The translations under genes were made by a program, and so were the position numbers. From the IMG/VR virus record IMGVR_UViG_3300020438_000040, positions 1 to 58,868 of that record: a DNA stretch of 58,868 nt. The stretch is one strand, 5' to 3'. The notes beneath the pieces were generated by a model, which was given only the letters and a program-made list of their open reading frames with translations, ran no database searches and was not told where the DNA came from. Each line of letters begins with the position of its first letter. Positions within the stretch are counted from its first letter, which is position 1. The DNA comes from a virus (Duplodnaviria; Caudoviricetes). This document shows, one piece after another, positions 24,955 to 33,964 of this stretch.

Positions 24955-25588
24955 CTTTTTAAAAGAAAACAAAGAAAAAGACACTATACTTGATAAGGTT
25001 CGAGATATATTCTTTGGAGCATACAATACTTGGGATGAAGAGTATAAAATGTTACAAGATGAAGAATTCTTAAGCTTATTTGGCGACTTAAAATCTACTG
25101 CAAAAGAAAAGTTTACAAAACCAGAAAAACTTGATAAAGTAATAGGTGGAGCAGCCATAGGCTTGTCTTTATATTGGTCATCAAACGCCGCACACGGTGC
25201 TGGTAGCGATGAAGCGGTTTCTTTTATTATTAATAGAAAATTTGATATTCTTGAATCTAGACTGTCTAAGTCCGAAAAAGAACAGTTAAAAACAGGATTA
25301 ATGAAATCAGTAATCGACTCTGTATCTAAGGACCGTTCGAACCAGATGTACCCAACTACATTGGCCGTTAGTGTGGGAGTTATAAATGGTGTACAAGTAA
25401 ATGATGCCTACATGACCACGAATGAGGCCATGAGAAAGTTTATAAGACCACTGTTGAAGTCAAAAGGTTACTATGTCGAATCAGACAAGGTACCTGCAGT
25501 GCCTCCAGAGAAAACAAAAAGAAAAGAATATGAACCCGAAATGTCCCTTGCTGATATGAAAGCAATGATGGACAAATTCGGCCGATGA
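24926..25588 (+). CDS. Hypothetical protein with N-terminal MKKLLKNWNNFLKE peptide
   Basis: ATG 24926. CTATTTA motif at 24877. N-terminus similar to 39233..39655. Confidence 0.6.
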   Translation: MKKLLKNWNNFLKENKEKDTILDKVRDIFFGAYNTWDEEYKMLQDEEFLSLFGDLKSTAKEKFTKPEKLDKVIGGAAIGLSLYWSSNAAHGAGSDEAVSFIINRKFDILESRLSKSEKEQLKTGLMKSVIDSVSKDRSNQMYPTTLAVSVGVINGVQVNDAYMTTNEAMRKFIRPLLKSKGYYVESDKVPAVPPEKTKRKEYEPEMSLADMKAMMDKFGR

Positions 25589-25595
25589 GGTATTA

Positions 25596-26393
25596 GTGGA
25601 AGAATTAAATTTATATTATAGTGACTTAAACATTGGAAGGACATTAACTTGCTTACTGCATTCTTTTAAGACTGAGACTCCCTGTATATTAACACAACCA
25701 TCTCCTCCATTTAAGTTTGATGAACACATATCACAATATGATTTCGCTTTCCTAGGTATCGAAGATTCAAACCCCCAACAGGCTTGGGATAGACTGTGTT
25801 TTTTGTTAAGTATGTCCGGACTACTGTTGTTCCCGAATAATGTAACAAACGCTCGTATGAACGATAAAATAGTCGAAGTGGTCACAAACAATAACCAGAA
25901 AATCATTATTGAGTGCGAGAATATTAATGTGTTTGATAACGATGAAACAGGTTGGTATTATGTATATGATTATTTTGATTGGCGGTCTGGTTCTATTCAC
26001 ACCTGTGATCACATCAATGATCACGATGATAATTTTATAAAAAAAATTATTTTTTATTCTTCCGAGCGAGATAGGGTCAACAATAATGTTAAGGATTTGG
26101 TTGGAGTCTCTTACCTAAGGGACGATGAACTTGAAGATCTTGAAGTGTCTCCGGTTTATTCGAGACTAAAAATGCTGCAAATGATTAAAAAAGCTGGTAT
26201 AAAAGGTAGGACGACTGGATATAATTCAAGAGGTATCGCAACTCACACTTCACCCATAATAGAATTTAATAAAAGAATAACCAAACCAGATTTTAAGCCC
26301 ACTATTTCACTGAAAGAAGTTTATGATATGCCTACACAACAAGGATACACATGGAAGTTACTAGAGAAGATAATACAAAGTACTTCCACTTAG
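25596..26393 (+). CDS. Hypothetical protein (possibly a degenerate Rossmann/oxidoreductase fold)
   Basis: 265 aa with GAGG RBS. N-terminal beta-alpha unit lacks an intact GxGxxG. Confidence 0.5.
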   Translation: MEELNLYYSDLNIGRTLTCLLHSFKTETPCILTQPSPPFKFDEHISQYDFAFLGIEDSNPQQAWDRLCFLLSMSGLLLFPNNVTNARMNDKIVEVVTNNNQKIIIECENINVFDNDETGWYYVYDYFDWRSGSIHTCDHINDHDDNFIKKIIFYSSERDRVNNNVKDLVGVSYLRDDELEDLEVSPVYSRLKMLQMIKKAGIKGRTTGYNSRGIATHTSPIIEFNKRITKPDFKPTISLKEVYDMPTQQGYTWKLLEKIIQSTST

Positions 26394-27271
26394 CAGGAAT
26401 AGTTCCGGTAGCGGGACAACCTTTGGATTTTGATCAGATATGGCCGGATTGTTTAACCCCAATCGCTCCTGACTTTAGCTTGGTAGAGGCCGCAGTCGCC
26501 GAGTGTGCTTGGGCTGGCTGTGATACAATCTGGATAATCTGTAATGATGATATAGGGCCTTTGATAAAAAAGAAAATCGGTGACTTTGTCGGTGATCCGG
26601 TGTGGTCTTACCGCAAATTCGATCCTCGACCTAACGATAGTAAACGTCAAATTCCTGTATATTACGTTCCAATACACCCAAAAGATCGAGATAAACGTGA
26701 TTGTCTTGCTTGGAGTGTATTGCACGGTTCATTAACTGCTTTCAAAATATCAGACGAGCTATCAAGGTGGTTGATACCAAATAAATATTACGTTAGCTTC
26801 CCTTATGGTTATTTTCCCGCTTGGCAGCTTCGAGAGCATAGGAAAACAATTTCATCCTCTAAGAACGTGTATCTCACTTCCAACGGGAAGTCAATGAAGG
26901 ATAATCTTTATTCTTCCTTCACGTTTGGAAAAGATGAATTTATAGAGTTTCGTAAAATAATACGTTCTGGGACAGGACGATGGAAGCCGGGAGTTGATTA
27001 TAAAGAATACGAAGCATTGCCCATCGAAGAAAGGTGGTCTGCGAGGTTTTTTGAGCTTGAAAAAGTGTTTGCCCCGTTCAACACAGATGAAGCCCATGAG
27101 ATAAAGGTAGATAATTACTGGAATATCAGCTCTTGGCAAGAATACAAGCTCTTCATGGCCGGTAATATCGACAATAACATAAAAAGACCAACAAAGACAA
27201 TTCTTATAAATCAAAGATACAAACCAATTGCAGAAGCCTATTTAAAGGACGATGAGCAAGAAGAACCTTAG
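26351..27271 (+). CDS. Sugar-nucleotidyltransferase-like (GT-A fold) protein
   Basis: AGIVPVAG, PDCLTPIA...LVEAAV.ECAWAGCDTIWII, YWNISSWQEY resemble NTP-transferase N- and C-terminal motifs. Confidence 0.6.
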   Translation: MEVTREDNTKYFHLAGIVPVAGQPLDFDQIWPDCLTPIAPDFSLVEAAVAECAWAGCDTIWIICNDDIGPLIKKKIGDFVGDPVWSYRKFDPRPNDSKRQIPVYYVPIHPKDRDKRDCLAWSVLHGSLTAFKISDELSRWLIPNKYYVSFPYGYFPAWQLREHRKTISSSKNVYLTSNGKSMKDNLYSSFTFGKDEFIEFRKIIRSGTGRWKPGVDYKEYEALPIEERWSARFFELEKVFAPFNTDEAHEIKVDNYWNISSWQEYKLFMAGNIDNNIKRPTKTILINQRYKPIAEAYLKDDEQEEP

Positions 27272-27860
27272 ATTCAAAAGACTTTTAAGCAAGTACAGAT
27301 CAGTATCTTCAGAGTTACAGTCTACATGCGAGATTGTTGACGAAATGCAAGAGTATTTTACTGAGTGCGTAAATGATTATTGCGATAGAAGCAATATAGA
27401 CCTAGAGGATCTAAAGAAAGATAAGGAAGGAAGAATAGAACAACTGGTCGAGGCATCTAACACCACCGTTAAGGGTGTTGAGGAAAAAATTCAAGAACAG
27501 GAATATGACTCGAAAAGTTTATTCAGACAAATCGCTAAGAAGTTCCACCCAGATGCACTTGATCCCGAAGACCCTGATAAGGATGAAAAAGAAGAGATAT
27601 TTAAAATAGCAATGAGAGCGATAGATGAATGTAATTGGGGTACCCTTTTTGATATAGCTGCAAAACATGATCTAGAATTTAAGGACTATGACTCAATCAT
27701 CTCCTCACTAAAATTAGATATAGAAAGAGAAGAGGCGATCTTGAAAAAGAAGCAAAATACTTGGTCTTGGTTACTATTTAATTGCGAAGACGATCAGGCT
27801 TGCAAAGACCAAACGGTACTTGGTTTTCTTAAACAGGTATATTCTTACGAAAATACTTGA
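27252..27860 (+). CDS. J-domain (DnaJ-like) protein
   Basis: KSLFRQIAKKFHPD...EIFK.A..A within coiled coils. Confidence 0.75.
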   Translation: MSKKNLRFKRLLSKYRSVSSELQSTCEIVDEMQEYFTECVNDYCDRSNIDLEDLKKDKEGRIEQLVEASNTTVKGVEEKIQEQEYDSKSLFRQIAKKFHPDALDPEDPDKDEKEEIFKIAMRAIDECNWGTLFDIAAKHDLEFKDYDSIISSLKLDIEREEAILKKKQNTWSWLLFNCEDDQACKDQTVLGFLKQVYSYENT

Positions 27861-27885
27861 CAAGATATTCTTGATAGGTTATAAT
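27857..27885 (+). promoter_or_regulatory. Sigma70-type promoter (perfect consensus), upstream of a small ORF and tmRNA
   Basis: TTGACA-N17-TATAAT. Confidence 0.85.
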
Positions 27886-27896
27886 ATATAAAAGAG

Positions 27897-28103
27897 GTGA
27901 GTATGTTAGAGAATATTAATTTTATACTTTGGGTTGCTATTGTAATGGGGCTTGTTCTCACTTCATATGCAGCATCCACCAAGCAACTCGTAGAGGATAC
28001 CAAACAGGAGTTCGGGCTATATCCATCGCATCAACTATGGAACGACAAAGAGAGTCAAGAAGATATTAAAAGATATTATGGGATAGATACAGGATTCGAA
28101 TGA
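27897..28103 (+). CDS. Small membrane-anchored hypothetical protein
   Basis: N-terminal hydrophobic helix; GAGG RBS. Confidence 0.6.
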   Translation: MSMLENINFILWVAIVMGLVLTSYAASTKQLVEDTKQEFGLYPSHQLWNDKESQEDIKRYYGIDTGFE

Positions 28104-28155
28104 TCGAGAGCAGGAGTAGACCACAAGGTAGGCGAGAGCCTTAAAATCTTATTAT

Positions 28156-28488
28156 GGGCTCGCAATGGCTTCGACGGGCTAGAATCAAGGGGAGAGTGCA
28201 TGCAGGCGTGAATCAGCCTTAATCGTTCAAATTTTTATAAACGCAAACAATAATTTGTTTTTCGACGAAGTCGCTTTAGCGGCTTAATCGGGTGGTCGCC
28301 CTGAACCATCTATCCAAGACGGGCAAAAACAACAGGATAGTTGCAAAAATCACAACTCTTTCGGCCACGGACTATAGAGTATAACATGCAGTGGATACCT
28401 CGCTAGGAGGGAAATAACTAGACAAGCATGTGAATGACTCAAACTAAGACTAGCGCGGACAGGGGTTCGATTCCCCTCGAGTCCACCA
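28156..28488 (+). ncRNA. ssrA: tmRNA; tag peptide (A)ANNNLFFDEVALAA encoded at 28243..28287
   Basis: Acceptor stem GGGCTCG/CGAGTCC with G3-U wobble and ACCA end. 5' GGCTTCGAC, T-arm AGGGG-TTCGATT-CCCCT, resume context ATAAAC-GCA, tag ending ALAA-TAA. Confidence 0.95.
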
Positions 28489-28510
28489 ATTTAATCAAAA
28501 CAAAGGAAGA

Positions 28511-29059
28511 ATGATGATAAAAAAAATATCAATAGGGCTAGCTGCTCTTGTGTTGTCCAGTATACCAGCCACTGCTGGGCCGTGGCAATCACCAACACAA
28601 ACAAAGCAGTCCTCGAAAGAACCGCCGACACTTGAGTGGAGCCACCGAAAAGGATTGCGCTTTGGATATAGTTATATAAACAAAGGAACAGATAGCGGAA
28701 AACTAAAAAACCCTAGTATGTTCACGATGGGCTTTGAAGCTCAACAGACCATGGAAGGTGGCGATTGGCTTGATCTCCTATTCATCCAGAACATTACCGT
28801 TGGTGGATTGGAGCAAAGTCTTTTAATACCTTCTGTGAATGGGCTGGTAGGATTTGAAATTAACAAAAGACTACAACTTGGTGTTGGAGCCAATGCTACT
28901 TTAGCAGACCCATCTAATCAAGGGAACTATCTTCACTTAGTAACAGCCGCTGGCTGGACACAGCCGGCAGGAGTATTCAGTGTGCCCGTGCATGTGGTTT
29001 TCATACCGGATGTAAACGACTATTGGAGGCTGGCTGCTACCACTGGTATAAATTGGTAG
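28511..29059 (+). CDS. Outer-membrane beta-barrel-like protein with signal peptide
   Basis: Signal peptide ending ATA-G, alternating amphipathic strands, terminal aromatic (RLAATTGINW). Confidence 0.65.
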   Translation: MMIKKISIGLAALVLSSIPATAGPWQSPTQTKQSSKEPPTLEWSHRKGLRFGYSYINKGTDSGKLKNPSMFTMGFEAQQTMEGGDWLDLLFIQNITVGGLEQSLLIPSVNGLVGFEINKRLQLGVGANATLADPSNQGNYLHLVTAAGWTQPAGVFSVPVHVVFIPDVNDYWRLAATTGINW

Positions 29060-29083
29060 AAAATAAAAAACTTTTATAGTTTA

Positions 29084-29115
29084 AACCCGACATATCATTG
29101 TCGGGTTATTTTTTT
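29084..29115 (+). terminator. Rho-independent terminator
   Basis: AACCCGACA-tatcat-TGTCGGGTT followed by ATTTTTTT. Confidence 0.8.
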
Positions 29116-29139
29116 ATATACGTTCGGAATCCACGAGAC

Positions 29140-29146
29140 CTAATTA
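29140..29146 (+). promoter_or_regulatory. Putative late promoter CTAATTA (4 nt before ATG; possibly leaderless)
   Basis: Motif match; no SD between the motif and the ATG. Confidence 0.5.
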
Positions 29147-29150
29147 AAGC

Positions 29151-29576
29151 ATGGCCAACATTTTATTTATTGACGATTCACCTGAGAGATATAACGTAGC
29201 GTTCAGTATATTACAGGCAACACAAGATAACATGAATATCTATTTGTCCTCTAATGTACGAAGTACCATCCGCTTAATGTGTGATGTTGAATTTGATTTG
29301 GTCGTTTTAGATGTATTCATTCCGATTGGCGAAGGAGCAGAGGACACTCTTGGAAATCGAGCGAAGATGTACGAAGGCGAATACCAGCACCTCGGGGGAC
29401 TAGAGTTAATCGATTTCCTTAATAAAATGGAAGATAAACCAAAGGTACTAATGCACACAGCATGTTTTGATTATGACATCATATCAATGTTCTCAGAAGT
29501 AGTGGATGATAGAATCCCAAAACCAGCATCGATCGATGTATTTATAAAAGCCGTTATTGGAGCCTTAAATTTGTAA
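29151..29576 (+). CDS. Stand-alone response regulator receiver (CheY-like)
   Basis: ILFIDD, DLVVLDV (phospho-Asp), GLELI, VLMHTA, IPKP. Confidence 0.88.
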   Translation: MANILFIDDSPERYNVAFSILQATQDNMNIYLSSNVRSTIRLMCDVEFDLVVLDVFIPIGEGAEDTLGNRAKMYEGEYQHLGGLELIDFLNKMEDKPKVLMHTACFDYDIISMFSEVVDDRIPKPASIDVFIKAVIGALNL

Positions 29577-29600
29577 ATAAACTAATTAAAAAATACAAAT

Positions 29601-29676
29601 GGGGGTATAGCTCAGTTGGGAGAGCGTCTGCCTTGCACGCAGAAGGTCGTGAGTTCGATCCTCGCTACCTCCACCA
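29601..29676 (+). tRNA. tRNA-Ala (TGC)
   Basis: 76-nt cloverleaf: acceptor GGGGGTA/TACCTCC with G3-U70, anticodon arm TCTGC-CT-TGC-AC-GCAGA, TTCGATC loop, encoded CCA. CTAATTA at 29582. Confidence 0.97.
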
Positions 29677-29680
29677 TTTC

Positions 29681-29707
29681 AAGACTTCTTTTTAGGGGTC
29701 TTTTTTT
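29681..29707 (+). terminator. Terminator after the tRNA
   Basis: AAGACTTCT/AGGGGTCTT stem followed by a T tract. Confidence 0.65.
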
Positions 29708-29830
29708 GTATAAAAAAACCATAGTTTAATAAACCAGTATATACCTGATATTCCGTTTTGTACCCTGTTTTTCGACACTTTTTATGATTCTAGAATACTA
29801 GTTATTGATAAATTCTTGGAGGAAAACACA

Positions 29831-31378
29831 ATGAGTCTTTTGACTACTAACACAATCGCTTCAGCTAATACGCCAGAAGCATTTGTTGTCGGTGCAACAC
29901 CAACAACGCAAGCAGGGTTCGAAAAACAGCCCGGCCAAACTGGTATATTTGTTTTTGCAAGAGATAGATATAAAATATACTTTAAAAATGCCGCCGGCCA
30001 ATGGGTGCAACATGCTGATATCACACAAGTTCCTGTTGTAAATAAAGGCTTAACTTATCCATGGGGAGATTATACAGCAGTTTGTTTTGCCGCAATTAAT
30101 CCTAAGTTGCAAATACATGTTCATGTAAAAACCAACAACATTTTAGTGGACAATACACCAAATGATCCAAATGATGATGATTTTACTCTGTACAGCCAAT
30201 CTGGTGCGACTTCGTTTCAATCTGATGCATACGATCTCCCTGATGTTGATGGTACTGACGGTCAAATTTTGAAAACTGACGGAGCAGGAAACATTACATG
30301 GGAAGACCATGTTCTTGATGGAGCACCCAATGCAGCAAGGGACGGCTTTATGCGGCTTCTATATTCCACAGGTCAGAATTCACCCAACAAGTGGGTTTGG
30401 TTAAAGCCAAGGGTGGTGCCCACTCTGGGAACAGCAGGCCAAGTTCTCACAGCAGATGGTACCGCAGGTTCTGGAGGTTATTCATGGGAAGATCCCTCGA
30501 CCGACCAATTAATTCCGGAAATAACCAACACAAGTCGTATTCAAGTACTAGCATCTAACGTCCCTCAGACTGGCGAATATGATTGGTATTCAATCGATCC
30601 CGGAGTACCAGCCGGCGGTACTGACGGTCAAATTTTAACAAAAAACGGCGCCAATGACTGGTCATACTCTTGGGAAGATGCGGCCGTTGGTCCTCAAGGC
30701 CCTCAAGGTGCTACCGGTGCTCAAGGTGCTACCGGTGCTCAAGGTGCTACCGGTGCTCAAGGTGCTACCGGTGCTCAAGGTGATGCTGGTGCTACCGGTG
30801 CTCAAGGTGATGCTGGTGCTACCGGTGCTACCGGTGCTCAAGGACCCCAAGGGCCTCAAGGCGCAACTGGTGCTGCAGGCTCCAATGCGGACATAAAAGT
30901 CCTCAAAGCAACGCTGACGGGTGGTGATCTTGCTTTTAACAATAACAATATTTATAACAAACTCCCCTTGTCCACAACTGTGATGAGTAATTTTAACACA
31001 TCACCTTTGGACACAAGTACGCATGAATTCATCACACCAGAAGACGGATATTACGAAATCAGCACTAGTGTAATGGTGAGGGTACAACAACCTTTAGCCG
31101 ACGAAAGGTATGAATTGGTGATTACCTCTGATGTCTCAACACCGGAAACGTCAGACTTGGATGGGATCCATAAACTAGCACAGGGCTATCTTAAAAGTAA
31201 ACAATCCGAGGGTTTCAGTTCAAAGATTTTACAGACTAGTACTATAGCCCATCTCACCGCCGGTGTCAAAGTGGGTGTTTATGTCCTACGCGACGGCCAT
31301 GTCAATCCCCCTATGCATGGTCGGTTGAGGGTTTTAACAAGAAACGCTTCGACCAACTTAATAATTAAAAAACTATAA
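29831..31378 (+). CDS. Fibre/appendage-like virion protein with collagen repeat and C1q-like C-terminal domain
   Basis: N-terminal domain shared with the next two ORFs; repeated [12 protein letters not shown] motifs; (GXY)n tract; C-terminal [11 protein letters not shown] beta-sandwich. CTAGTTA at 29798. Confidence 0.75.
   Translation: MSLLTTNTIASANTPEAFVVGATPTTQAGFEKQPGQTGIFVFARDRYKIYFKNAAGQWVQHADITQVPVVNKGLTYPWGDYTAVCFAAINPKLQIHVHVKTNNILVDNTPNDPNDDDFTLYSQSGATSFQSDAYDLPDVDGTDGQILKTDGAGNITWEDHVLDGAPNAARDGFMRLLYSTGQNSPNKWVWLKPRVVPTLGTAGQVLTADGTAGSGGYSWEDPSTDQLIPEITNTSRIQVLASNVPQTGEYDWYSIDPGVPAGGTDGQILTKNGANDWSYSWEDAAVGPQGPQGATGAQGATGAQGATGAQGATGAQGDAGATGAQGDAGATGATGAQGPQGPQGATGAAGSNADIKVLKATLTGGDLAFNNNNIYNKLPLSTTVMSNFNTSPLDTSTHEFITPEDGYYEISTSVMVRVQQPLADERYELVITSDVSTPETSDLDGIHKLAQGYLKSKQSEGFSSKILQTSTIAHLTAGVKVGVYVLRDGHVNPPMHGRLRVLTRNASTNLIIKKL
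30689..30883 (+). repeat. Collagen-coding tandem repeat (18-nt unit GGTGCTACCGGTGCTCAA and variants)
   Basis: Encodes GPQGPQ(GATGAQ)4[35 protein letters not shown]. Confidence 0.95.
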
Positions 31379-31400
31379 ATCATAAAAAGGAAAAAACAAT

Positions 31401-32549
31401 ATGACTATACTAAACAAAGATGCAATGAAGGTAACTGCCGACCTTACTGACGCATTTGGTGCTTCTGTACCGACAACCGAGGCAGGATTAGAGAAGCAAG
31501 CAAACCAGACTGGTATCTTCATATTCTCAAAAACAAATTATGATCTGTATCTTAAGAACGCCGCAGGTGCTTGGGTCAAATACGGAACCATCTCTGGTGC
31601 TCGTGAAAGCATAACAGTTCCTTGGGGCGAGAACACAGCGGCATTCTTTAAATGCGCAGATGCTACTGCAACAATGCACGTACATAGAAAAACAGGAGCG
31701 ATCCTTTACGACTCAACTCCAGAAAACGATAATGATGATCAAAATGCCCTTCTTGTGGATGCTACCACATTGGCTCAGGCTGCATCAAATTATACCTTCC
31801 CAGCAGCCGACGGAACAGCCGATCAAGTGTTAACAACTGATGGTGCTGGAACTGTTACTTGGGCTGACGGATCTGCCGATTGCGCGGCATCAAGTTTTAC
31901 ATTTGATGGACACATTATCCCCGATACCAATGAAGCCTATGACCTTGGATCTGCTGATAAAAAAGTCCGTCATCTGTTCTTATCAGATAATTCAATCAAA
32001 TTTGAATCCGGTGATCTTGGCGTCGATGGTGGCGATTTGACTTGGAAAGGTGCAGCTCTCGGCGGCGGCGGCGGTTTTGCTGGTATTGAAAACGCATCCA
32101 ACGACATGGTCCTTACAATGGAAGATAACGGGAAAACCATCTTCGTTCCTCCTATCGCTAGTGACACGATGATTTCTTTACCCGCCGCACCTTCCGCAGA
32201 CTACAAAATATCTGTCGTTTGGCTTCGCTACAGCGGATCCCACTACTTTAGTGTTCGAACAGGCCACAAAGATGAAAGAATGTACGGGATCATACAGAGA
32301 CTCCAACGTGGTGATACTGGTTACGCTTCGAATGGTCTTGATATGAGCCCACAGAGTTATGCTGGTGCAGATGGGAATACCTTCCACGGGGCCCCATCGC
32401 AGCATAACAAGAATCGTATTTCGGTTATTCGTGCTGGAATGAGTTCTAAAATGGATCTCTACTGGAATGGAACCTACTGGATTCTTACGGGAATAATGGT
32501 CTCCGGAGCCACCGAAACTCACACGCAATTTCATTATGATAATTTCTAA
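31401..32549 (+). CDS. Fibre-like virion protein, paralog 2
   Basis: N-terminal ~160 aa closely similar to 32724..33695. Contains GHIIPDTNEAYDLGSADKKVRHLFLS fibre motif. Confidence 0.7.
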   Translation: MTILNKDAMKVTADLTDAFGASVPTTEAGLEKQANQTGIFIFSKTNYDLYLKNAAGAWVKYGTISGARESITVPWGENTAAFFKCADATATMHVHRKTGAILYDSTPENDNDDQNALLVDATTLAQAASNYTFPAADGTADQVLTTDGAGTVTWADGSADCAASSFTFDGHIIPDTNEAYDLGSADKKVRHLFLSDNSIKFESGDLGVDGGDLTWKGAALGGGGGFAGIENASNDMVLTMEDNGKTIFVPPIASDTMISLPAAPSADYKISVVWLRYSGSHYFSVRTGHKDERMYGIIQRLQRGDTGYASNGLDMSPQSYAGADGNTFHGAPSQHNKNRISVIRAGMSSKMDLYWNGTYWILTGIMVSGATETHTQFHYDNF

Positions 32550-32599
32550 ATCATTAAATAGCTAAAATATAAAAGCCTCCTTCGGGAGGTTTTTTTATT
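32543..32599 (+). repeat. Direct repeat copy 1 (stop codon, spacer and terminator GCCTCC-TTCG-GGAGGT)
   Basis: TTTCTAAATCATTAAATAGCTAAAATATAAAAGCCTCCTTCGGGAGGTTTTTTTATT, identical to 33689..33745. Confidence 0.92.
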
Positions 32600-32723
32600 A
32601 TAAAAATTTTTTCACTCAATTATTCAGGGTGTACCTGAGTGCGTCTGTATTAGCCATTGAATTGTTGTTCTTTGGAAATTGCTAATACTATTTATGATAC
32701 AATTTCTTGAAGGAAAAAACAAT

Positions 32724-33695
32724 ATGACTATACTAAATAAAGATGCAATGCTGGTTTCTGCCGCCATGACTGACGCATTTGGCGCTGACGCACCATCAAC
32801 TGAGGCAGGACTGGAGAAAGAAGCAGGCCAAACTGGTATCTTCATATTCTCAAAAGCCGATTATGACTTGTATCTTAAGAACGCCGCTGGCGCTTGGGTC
32901 AAATACGGAACCATCTCTGGTGCTCGTGAAACCCTTACGGTTCCTTGGGGTGATAATACCGCAGTATTCTTTAAATGCGCAGATGCTACTGCAACAATGC
33001 ACGTACACAGAAAAGAAGGTAACATCCTTTATGATTCAACTCCAGAGAACGATAGTGATGATCAAAATACCCTTCTTACAAACGCTGGATCTGCTGCTCA
33101 AGCAGCGCAAAACTATACCTTCCCAGCAGCCGACGGAGCAGCCGATCAAGTGTTAACAACTGATGGTTCTGGAACTGTTACTTGGGCTGACGGAGCCACA
33201 GGCGGCGGCGCTGGCGGTTTTGCTGGTATTCTGGATGCAACAGATACTCTACAACTAACTGAGGCTGATAATGGTCGAGTTATTATGGTTCCTCTTCTTA
33301 CAGGTGATATAATGATGAGCTTGCCTCCGGCTCCTTCTTCGCATTTTAAGATATCTCTTGTATGGCTGAAAATCGATGCGGCAAATATTTGCTCGATCAG
33401 AACAGCCGATAAAGATGAGAGATTATTTGGGTTAATACAAAGAATTTCAGTGGGAGGTGGAGCCTCGACTGGGTATGATAATAGTCCTACAAGTTATCTT
33501 GGGGCTGCACCCAATTGCTTTTATGGCGAAAGCGGTCAGGAAAATGCTAATCGTGTTTCCTTCCGACAGGCAGGAATGGGCTCACAGGTAGATCTTTACT
33601 GGAATGGACTCTATTGGTTCACCAAGGGAACAATGTGCTCAAATGAAGGTGAGGGTGCTGAGGCTAAAATACAATTTTATCTTGATGTTTTCTAA
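32724..33695 (+). CDS. Fibre-like virion protein, paralog 3
   Basis: ATG 32724 (MTILNKDAM). CTATTTA at 32688. Lacks the central insert of paralog 2. Confidence 0.7.
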   Translation: MTILNKDAMLVSAAMTDAFGADAPSTEAGLEKEAGQTGIFIFSKADYDLYLKNAAGAWVKYGTISGARETLTVPWGDNTAVFFKCADATATMHVHRKEGNILYDSTPENDSDDQNTLLTNAGSAAQAAQNYTFPAADGAADQVLTTDGSGTVTWADGATGGGAGGFAGILDATDTLQLTEADNGRVIMVPLLTGDIMMSLPPAPSSHFKISLVWLKIDAANICSIRTADKDERLFGLIQRISVGGGASTGYDNSPTSYLGAAPNCFYGESGQENANRVSFRQAGMGSQVDLYWNGLYWFTKGTMCSNEGEGAEAKIQFYLDVF

Positions 33696-33745
33696 ATCAT
33701 TAAATAGCTAAAATATAAAAGCCTCCTTCGGGAGGTTTTTTTATT
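33689..33745 (+). repeat. Direct repeat copy 2 with UUCG-tetraloop terminator
   Basis: Identical to 32543..32599. Confidence 0.92.
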
Positions 33746-33773
33746 TGACAAGCACAGTAAAGCGTGTTATATT
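33745..33773 (+). promoter_or_regulatory. Sigma70-type early promoter
   Basis: TTGACA-N17-TATATT. Confidence 0.85.
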
Positions 33774-33799
33774 ATATAATATCAATCATTGGAGGAAAA

Positions 33800-33964
33800 A
33801 TGAAATATTTAAATAACAAATGGTTTTCGTTCTTTTGTATGTGCGTGAACTTTTACTTTGCAGGTCAAGCATTGATTGCTGCAAGTTGGGGATTGTTTTC
33901 TGTATGTAGTATCTTTACGGTACTGTGTGGATATAACTTCTGGATCCAAACGGGGGAAGAATGA
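33800..33964 (+). CDS. Small two-TM membrane protein
   Basis: GGAGG RBS, ATG 33800, two hydrophobic helices. Confidence 0.65.
   Translation: MKYLNNKWFSFFCMCVNFYFAGQALIAASWGLFSVCSIFTVLCGYNFWIQTGEE

Noticed and set aside
28156-29676. tmRNA/tRNA as prophage attachment sites (host-prophage junction)
   Set aside because: No integrase and no duplicated 3' end seen; phage-type promoters and genes continue on both sides.
30689-30883. Short tandem repeats as a possible CRISPR array
   Set aside because: No unique spacers; these are in-frame collagen GXY codons.
32576-32590. CCTCC here and CTCTCCTT at 49513 as further anti-SD elements
   Set aside because: Both are sequestered in perfect terminator stems, unlike the unpaired ssb and recA elements.
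31401-33745. Diversity-generating retroelement (TR/VR pair)
   Set aside because: No reverse transcriptase in the window, and differences between paralogs are not adenine-specific. Better explained by gene duplication.
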